A stretch of 30,371 nt of DNA from a virus (lineage: Duplodnaviria; Caudoviricetes). The position numbers were made by a program, and so were the translations under genes. Below, piece after piece: positions 24,974-30,371 of the stretch. The notes beneath the pieces were generated by a model, which worked only from the letters and a program-made list of their open reading frames with translations, was not told the origin of the DNA and ran no database searches. The stretch covers positions 1-30,371 of IMG/VR virus record IMGVR_UViG_3300024253_000033. The stretch is one strand, 5' to 3'. Every line of letters starts with the position of its first letter. The stretch's first letter is position 1.

Positions 24974-26842
24974 TTAAGAGACTTTGATTATTATCGGATA
25001 GTCCTTCAGCAATATACCGTCAAGAACCGTATCTCCATTGCTTACTTCGAACATAAGCAACTGTCGCAGAGAGGTGAACGGATCCCAAGATTCGGCAGAT
25101 GTCGCTTCCACTCCATTGATTGTGATTCGACAAGTCGTATCTTTCGAAACAACTTCAGCTTCACCGTCGTTCCAAACAGCGATATACTGATTCCCATTGT
25201 CATCGGCAAAAGTATACCACCTTATCAAGTTGCCCTGTGATTCCACCGTCACGGCAAACGGTTCCGCTTCCCATCCTTCCATGAGATATGCCAAATTTCG
25301 AATCATGTTCCCCTCATCCGGTCTGCCATGCGCGTCTGTTCCAGATGTGCCGATGGATATATCCATACCACGGTTGATCACAATCATGCGCCCGATATAC
25401 TTTGCGGCGACCTCCGGTTCATATGGATGATATGGACCGTTTTCAGGTTGAAGTACATTCATGCTATAGAAGGAGCGATAATTCAATCCATCCGCAATAT
25501 ATTCGCCATGAAATCCATGTTCTTCGGCGAGTGCTTTAATCCCATTCCACATTTCTTCGTACCCATAATAATACTCACTTCGAAAAGCGGGCGAAGCGTC
25601 GTTGTTCACAGAATGAATCTCAAGAATATCCGCTAGTGCAATCACATCGGTAGAAAGCAGCTGATCCGAATAGTCATGCCCGTCTTCATTCAGATAATCG
25701 CTCGTACCGGCGTACGCAATTCTAGCGTCGGGATCGATTTGTCGAATGATTGGTATGATCCTTTCTGCCATCGAGATGTAGTCCTCAGGCGCAATGTACT
25801 GATAAAAATCCGAATTCGCCTCAGGTTCATTCCACAGCGCATACGTATCAACCAGGCCCTTAAGACGAGTTACAACCATTTGAACATATGAAATATAGCG
25901 TTCCATCTCAGCTTCATCGCTTAATCGATGCTGAGCGATTTCTCCGCCGTTAAGCCGGTATGCCATATCCCAAAAGGACAGGTAGAACTTCGTTTTTATC
26001 CCATTTTCATCTAAATAACGAAATACATCCACAAACGCGTCTGGAATACTCACTTCAACGGCTGTATAGAATAAATCGACTGCGGGACCATCGATTGCGT
26101 CTGTCGTAAAGCAGCCATTTGTAAAGCCATCTTTTTTCAGTCGATCCGCCCGGCTCAGCCAGATTTCCGCAGGTGTTTTGATACAAAAGCTCACGAGCGC
26201 ATTAACGCGCGTATCCTCCAGTTCTTCCGCCGATTTCAACGCCAGAAAGGAAAGCGAAGCATCATTGCCTTGCTGTAATACTGCAATCTGCTTGTCCCTT
26301 ATCGTGATAAGCAGCGTGTCCTCATCTTCGCTGTATTGCAAGCATTCGCCAAAGATGCTCTCCAGCATCGTATCGGTTAGGTATAGCGTCCCATCGACTG
26401 AATATGGCGCGACATTCGCTTCGATAAATGTATTTTCAATGGTATCCGTTGCATACGATGAAGAGTTCTGTGAGAAATAACAGTTTCTATATTGGCCATC
26501 CGCATCTGTATAATTGCCGTAAAGCCAAGTGCCGTCTCCATCAATCTGCTCAGCTTCCAACAGCCGCAGCATTTCTTCGCCGGATACCCATACGTTTGTA
26601 CCGTCCCACTTGGGAGCGTGAGCAAACGCATAAGGAAACCCATTTAAAACAACACGCATTTCAGGCTCGGGTGTTGCGGTAGATTTAATGTTTTCTACGG
26701 TAATAGCCCCGATTGGCGATTCAGTAACCGGCACCGGATTTGCGGAATTGGTATTCTTGCCGCACGCGCTCATTATAAGCAACATAACGCAAATAATGAT
26801 ACAGGTAAAGCGCATTCTCCATTTATGTTGTGAATTACACAT
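24974..26842 (-). CDS. Lipoprotein: copper-amine-oxidase-N-like stalk domain + clan GH-A-like TIM barrel
   Basis: Lipobox-like MSAC; APYSVDGTLYL...IFG..LQY; YALWNEPE; IRQIDPDARI; start uncertain (26842 follows GAGG). Confidence 0.7.
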   Translation of the reverse strand: MCNSQHKWRMRFTCIIICVMLLIMSACGKNTNSANPVPVTESPIGAITVENIKSTATPEPEMRVVLNGFPYAFAHAPKWDGTNVWVSGEEMLRLLEAEQIDGDGTWLYGNYTDADGQYRNCYFSQNSSSYATDTIENTFIEANVAPYSVDGTLYLTDTMLESIFGECLQYSEDEDTLLITIRDKQIAVLQQGNDASLSFLALKSAEELEDTRVNALVSFCIKTPAEIWLSRADRLKKDGFTNGCFTTDAIDGPAVDLFYTAVEVSIPDAFVDVFRYLDENGIKTKFYLSFWDMAYRLNGGEIAQHRLSDEAEMERYISYVQMVVTRLKGLVDTYALWNEPEANSDFYQYIAPEDYISMAERIIPIIRQIDPDARIAYAGTSDYLNEDGHDYSDQLLSTDVIALADILEIHSVNNDASPAFRSEYYYGYEEMWNGIKALAEEHGFHGEYIADGLNYRSFYSMNVLQPENGPYHPYEPEVAAKYIGRMIVINRGMDISIGTSGTDAHGRPDEGNMIRNLAYLMEGWEAEPFAVTVESQGNLIRWYTFADDNGNQYIAVWNDGEAEVVSKDTTCRITINGVEATSAESWDPFTSLRQLLMFEVSNGDTVLDGILLKDYPIIIKVS

Positions 26843-26905
26843 GACGTTTTTCCTCGCTTCCTTCTGTTTTCTGCTCGAGTACGTTCCAGTAGGCACTTGC
26901 CCGGG

Positions 26906-27895
26906 TCAGCCTAGCCGTCCAAATACTTGAAAGGCAACCTGCATATGTACGCCAAGCAGTTGATAAGCAAACAACGCCTGTGAACCCTGTGCCGCCATTT
27001 TCTGTAACAGTTGTTGCCCGCCGAATGAACCGCCACTTCTTGCAATCAAGTATTGCGAAAAAGCCGGATTTTCCAGCAAACTATAATTTCTGGCGAGGTA
27101 AAGCAGCATGCTCTGCGCCTCATCCATCTCTTTCTGTGTTGTAATAACCTGCCCGCTGAGACGATAAAAGATAGGTTCCTTATTACTGGAGCGCTGAATA
27201 ATCGCCTCCTCAATCGACGCCAGCGAGAAAACAGACGGCTTCTTCAGCGCTTCCTGCAAGCCAGCCTCGTCTCCATTCGACAATTGCGAAAGAATAAACA
27301 AGTCCGGTGCTTTCTGTACGCGCTGACGCGTTTTTGCCGTATTTGCAACCTGTGCATTAAACGTGTCTTCAAGTTGTTTGACGTTCAGCGCAAGCGCTTC
27401 CTGTTGTTCTTTCGCCTTCTGAACGGACTGTTGTTTTGCTTGCTCTTCCTGTTTTGTCTTTTCGCGTTCAGCTTTTCGCTGCGCGATACCTTCCGCGGCA
27501 AGTTGCTGCACGGTTTCTTTGTTGCGGCTGCGCCAGCTGAAATATCCAATATATTTAGACAGCATAAATAGCCCGCCCCACATGATCACCAGTAGCCCGA
27601 ATCGAAAGATCCCAAATTCGACACCATTGAGTACGATTGCCGCGGCGCTCCCGGCCACAAACAACGAACCCACCAGCCAGTATATATTTTGCTCTCTCGT
27701 TTCTTTTGCAATTGATCGAAAGTCTGCTGTTGTTGTTTCATTTTCTGATATATTTGCAAAGATGAGAATTGAGCAAAAAAGCTGCAATATAAACCCGACA
27801 ACCAAAGATCCTTTTCGATAAGGGTTAAAATAGTAGGCACAGCAACCGCCAGCGCACAGCAAGGTGGCTATTATATAATTCCATATGCGTTTCAT
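26906..27895 (-). CDS. Hypothetical membrane protein (about 4 TM + coiled coil + soluble domain)
   Basis: Hydrophobic N-terminal segments, Q/E/K-rich helix, RBS AAGGAG. Confidence 0.7.
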   Translation of the reverse strand: MKRIWNYIIATLLCAGGCCAYYFNPYRKGSLVVGFILQLFCSILIFANISENETTTADFRSIAKETREQNIYWLVGSLFVAGSAAAIVLNGVEFGIFRFGLLVIMWGGLFMLSKYIGYFSWRSRNKETVQQLAAEGIAQRKAEREKTKQEEQAKQQSVQKAKEQQEALALNVKQLEDTFNAQVANTAKTRQRVQKAPDLFILSQLSNGDEAGLQEALKKPSVFSLASIEEAIIQRSSNKEPIFYRLSGQVITTQKEMDEAQSMLLYLARNYSLLENPAFSQYLIARSGGSFGGQQLLQKMAAQGSQALFAYQLLGVHMQVAFQVFGRLG

Positions 27896-27965
27896 TATTG
27901 TCTCCTTAGTCGATCGCTAAAATTCGTGAAGATTGTCTTGCGTGTTGTTCAGATGTCATACTGAA

Positions 27966-28493
27966 CTATTCAATCAAAGCTTCTTGAATCCAATCGATCG
28001 CGTCGTTCGCAAATTTGCTTCCGGTATATCTGGTTGCGGCATCGTTAATGGATACCCCGTCTGCGGCAAGACTGTCCACCCAATCGGTAAAACTCTTAAC
28101 GGAAATAGAATCGCTCTTTTCCATCCAGAGCGTTGATATCCAGAATCCACTTACGACTCCGTCTTTCTTCTCCCGATCTATTGAAAAAACAATCCCCTGA
28201 TCCGTCGCTGTTGTGTAAAGATTCTTCATATTGAAGTCTTCTATGGCGTATAAACGAGGATTGTATATAACCACCATTCCATCCGCGTAGCTGTATGCGC
28301 ATGCAGCGGTTTCCGTAATAAACTCTCTTGCGAACGTTACGTCGCAAGTTCCATCATCCCAAAACTGCACACCGACCAGTCCGTTTGAATCCTGCCATGC
28401 ACCAACCATCGCGCCTTCGTAGGGATCCTTGCAGCCCAACAGGCTTGTCAAGATCAGAAGGATCGTTATGAGAATTACTAGTTTCCGTTTCAT
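27966..28493 (-). CDS. Hypothetical lipoprotein
   Basis: MKRKLVILITILLILTSLLGC lipobox; MVGAW...QFWDDGT beta-barrel-like pattern; RBS AAGGAG. Confidence 0.75.
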   Translation of the reverse strand: MKRKLVILITILLILTSLLGCKDPYEGAMVGAWQDSNGLVGVQFWDDGTCDVTFAREFITETAACAYSYADGMVVIYNPRLYAIEDFNMKNLYTTATDQGIVFSIDREKKDGVVSGFWISTLWMEKSDSISVKSFTDWVDSLAADGVSINDAATRYTGSKFANDAIDWIQEALIE

Positions 28494-28568
28494 AGCGTTT
28501 CTCTCCTTCATTCTAGTACTTATATCACACTTATTTACAGTTTAGCGTTATTCCATAGGAAAATGCAG

Positions 28569-28587
28569 AGTGAGCGTTGCGCTCACT
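28569..28587. promoter_or_regulatory. Operator-like palindrome in the divergent promoter region
   Basis: AGTGAGCG-TTG-CGCTCACT, perfect 8-bp arms. Confidence 0.55.
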
Positions 28588-28666
28588 AGCGGCAGTACAT
28601 TTCTGCTGCAATCTCAGAATCTTGTTGTCTATATCACATTTGCCTGTGGTATGATAGAAAAAATGC

Positions 28667-29137
28667 ATGAAGCGGGTGATTACCTTGGATGAAGTCGTGA
28701 ATCCTCAATCCTCATCTTCCAATATTACGACACATACGCTTCTTGAGCGGCTCCGAGCCGGACAATCGATCACCGAGTTTTTTCTGGAAAACCAGGACGC
28801 AATCTACGATTTTCCGTTGAATGAATGCCTTAGGGAATACATTCTGCAGAAACATATTCCACACGCGAAACTGATCCGCGAAAGCGGTATGAACCGACGA
28901 TATTTCTACGATATCCTCTCCGGCAAACGGCGCCCCGATCAAAACTATGTGTTGCGGCTGCTGATCGCTCTGCAAGCGTCGGTCGCGGATGTGCAGTGGC
29001 TTTTGCGTTGTGCGCGCTATCCGCTGCTCTATGTACGTAATCGTCGTGACGCGGTCATCCTATATGCGATTGAACACACGATATCCGTGAAGGAATGTAA
29101 TCGAATGCTTGAGAACCTTGATTTAGAGCAAATTTAG
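28667..29137 (+). CDS. XRE-like HTH regulator
   Basis: AKLIRESGMNRRYFYDILSGKRRP...LYVRNRRDAVILYAI; extended -10 TGgTATGAT at 28647-28655 and no RBS, so nearly leaderless. Confidence 0.8.
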   Translation: MKRVITLDEVVNPQSSSSNITTHTLLERLRAGQSITEFFLENQDAIYDFPLNECLREYILQKHIPHAKLIRESGMNRRYFYDILSGKRRPDQNYVLRLLIALQASVADVQWLLRCARYPLLYVRNRRDAVILYAIEHTISVKECNRMLENLDLEQI

Positions 29138-29139
29138 CA

Positions 29140-30371
29140 ATGGATGTTTTCGAGAAAAAAGGCTATCGAATCATACAGCCGCTCGCCTCCGGCGGAGAGG
29201 GACAAGTTTTCGTTTGCGAAAAAGACAGCGTTCGCTTCATATTGAAGATCATGCCCTGCATGGATTCTCGTCAAAGAGAAATACTTGCACAGATAGATAC
29301 GCTGACAAGCGGCTTTTTTCCGCATGTTTACGAAATATTCAGTGACGAGAAACACACGTATTTGATTCGAGAGTATATCGAAGGCAATACGTTACGAGAA
29401 GAACTGCAAAGAAGTGGTTCCTTGTCATATTCGCATGCTATGCGTATTTTCAACAAGCTTTGCGAAGCGCTGAATCTTCTGCACCACGCATCGCCGCAGC
29501 CTATCGTGTTGCGCGATTTGAAACCGGAGAATATCATTCTCACGCCGGACGGTGGCGTCTTTATCATCGATTTCGGTATCGCAAGGCACTATAGTCCGCT
29601 GGTCAGCCGGGATACCATTCCCGCCGGAACGAGAGGATATACCGCGCCGGAAGCGATAACGGGTTTTCAGAGCGATCCGAGAAGCGACGTTTATAGCTTG
29701 AGTATTGTGCTGTATGAGATGTTGAGCGGCAAAAGTCTGAGCGATCCTCCGTTTCAACTGCGGCCTCTGTCAGAGTGCGGCGTATTTGCCCCCACATCGT
29801 TGGATCGCATTATGGCAAAAGCGGCCGATCCAAAGCCTATCTGCCGCTATACGAACGTTTCCGCATTTCAAGAAGCGATTCAACGCATTCGCCCACGAAA
29901 TCTTGTTCATCGAGCTGTTCTTTCGGGCGTATTGTGTTTTCTGTTGGGCGTACTGCTTACTTTCGGTCTCACAACCGGCTCCATCAACAAACTGTTTGAT
30001 CACTCAGGTTCGGTGGTCGCCAAGCAATCCGATCTCAAATCCGTTGTCGGCCTTTCAATAGAAGAGGTGAAAAGACTGCTTTCCGCCCAGAAGTTGCCTG
30101 TCGTCATTTACAGTGTCGTTTCGGAGACTGCTCAAATTAACGAGATCGTCTCCCAATCATCCGCTTCGAACGAACTCGCCTTGGAAGTCTGCATTGGCAA
30201 AATAACCGATCCTGTTCTTTTTCCGGATCCCAACTTGGAAATAGCGATTCGCGATGCGCTTAGTATTCCTTCCGGGCAAGTGATCATTGCATCCGACCTT
30301 AGCGACCTGACCGTTCTAGACATCTCACAACAGAGCATTACAAGCCTCGAAGGCCAGCAATATGCGGTGAA
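29140..30371 (+). CDS. Hanks-type Ser/Thr kinase with TM, PASTA-like and internalin-like LRR start (runs off the window; absent from the ORF track)
   Basis: LASGGEGQVF, ILK, EYIEG, LRDLKPEN, IDFGIAR, GTRGYTAPE, SDVYSL; TM; SVVGLSIEEVKRLL; FPDPNLEIAIRDAL...LTVLDISQQSITSLEG. Confidence 0.92.
   Translation, partial: MDVFEKKGYRIIQPLASGGEGQVFVCEKDSVRFILKIMPCMDSRQREILAQIDTLTSGFFPHVYEIFSDEKHTYLIREYIEGNTLREELQRSGSLSYSHAMRIFNKLCEALNLLHHASPQPIVLRDLKPENIILTPDGGVFIIDFGIARHYSPLVSRDTIPAGTRGYTAPEAITGFQSDPRSDVYSLSIVLYEMLSGKSLSDPPFQLRPLSECGVFAPTSLDRIMAKAADPKPICRYTNVSAFQEAIQRIRPRNLVHRAVLSGVLCFLLGVLLTFGLTTGSINKLFDHSGSVVAKQSDLKSVVGLSIEEVKRLLSAQKLPVVIYSVVSETAQINEIVSQSSASNELALEVCIGKITDPVLFPDPNLEIAIRDALSIPSGQVIIASDLSDLTVLDISQQSITSLEGQQYAV

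Noticed and set aside
28569-28587. Resemblance to the lac operator (GTGAGCG/CGCTCAC), suggesting vector contamination
   Set aside because: 3-bp spacer, no AATT flanks and no vector context; better explained as a native operator
1-30371. CRISPR array, tRNA, rRNA or IS element
   Set aside because: No repeat-spacer periodicity, cloverleaf, rRNA-like tract or transposase was recognised

Overview
Most of the window (about 322-24950, minus strand) is a siphovirus-type prophage of the kind found in Clostridia/Bacillota. In reading order it carries an HNH nuclease, a putative cos region, P27-type small terminase, ParB-fused DNA methylase, an accessory block, large terminase, HK97-type portal/Clp protease/capsid, head-tail genes, tail genes, lysis genes, excisionase and a tyrosine integrase. 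No replication, immunity or late-activator genes are visible. Upstream of the late promoter there is instead a cell-surface gene block (two lipoproteins, a membrane protein) and a divergent HTH + Ser/Thr kinase pair. Three independently promoted inserts (morons) sit in the late operon: a candidate structured sRNA (about 3650-3801), a LysR/LysE pair and a zinc-ribbon protein. Other notable points are an XRE-like HTH inserted inside the integrase, a 3-copy promoter-like motif, an in-frame TAG splitting a tail gene, a non-canonical tail-chaperone frameshift site and a degenerate GGCT-like protein. All family calls come from motif recognition by eye; no database search was run.
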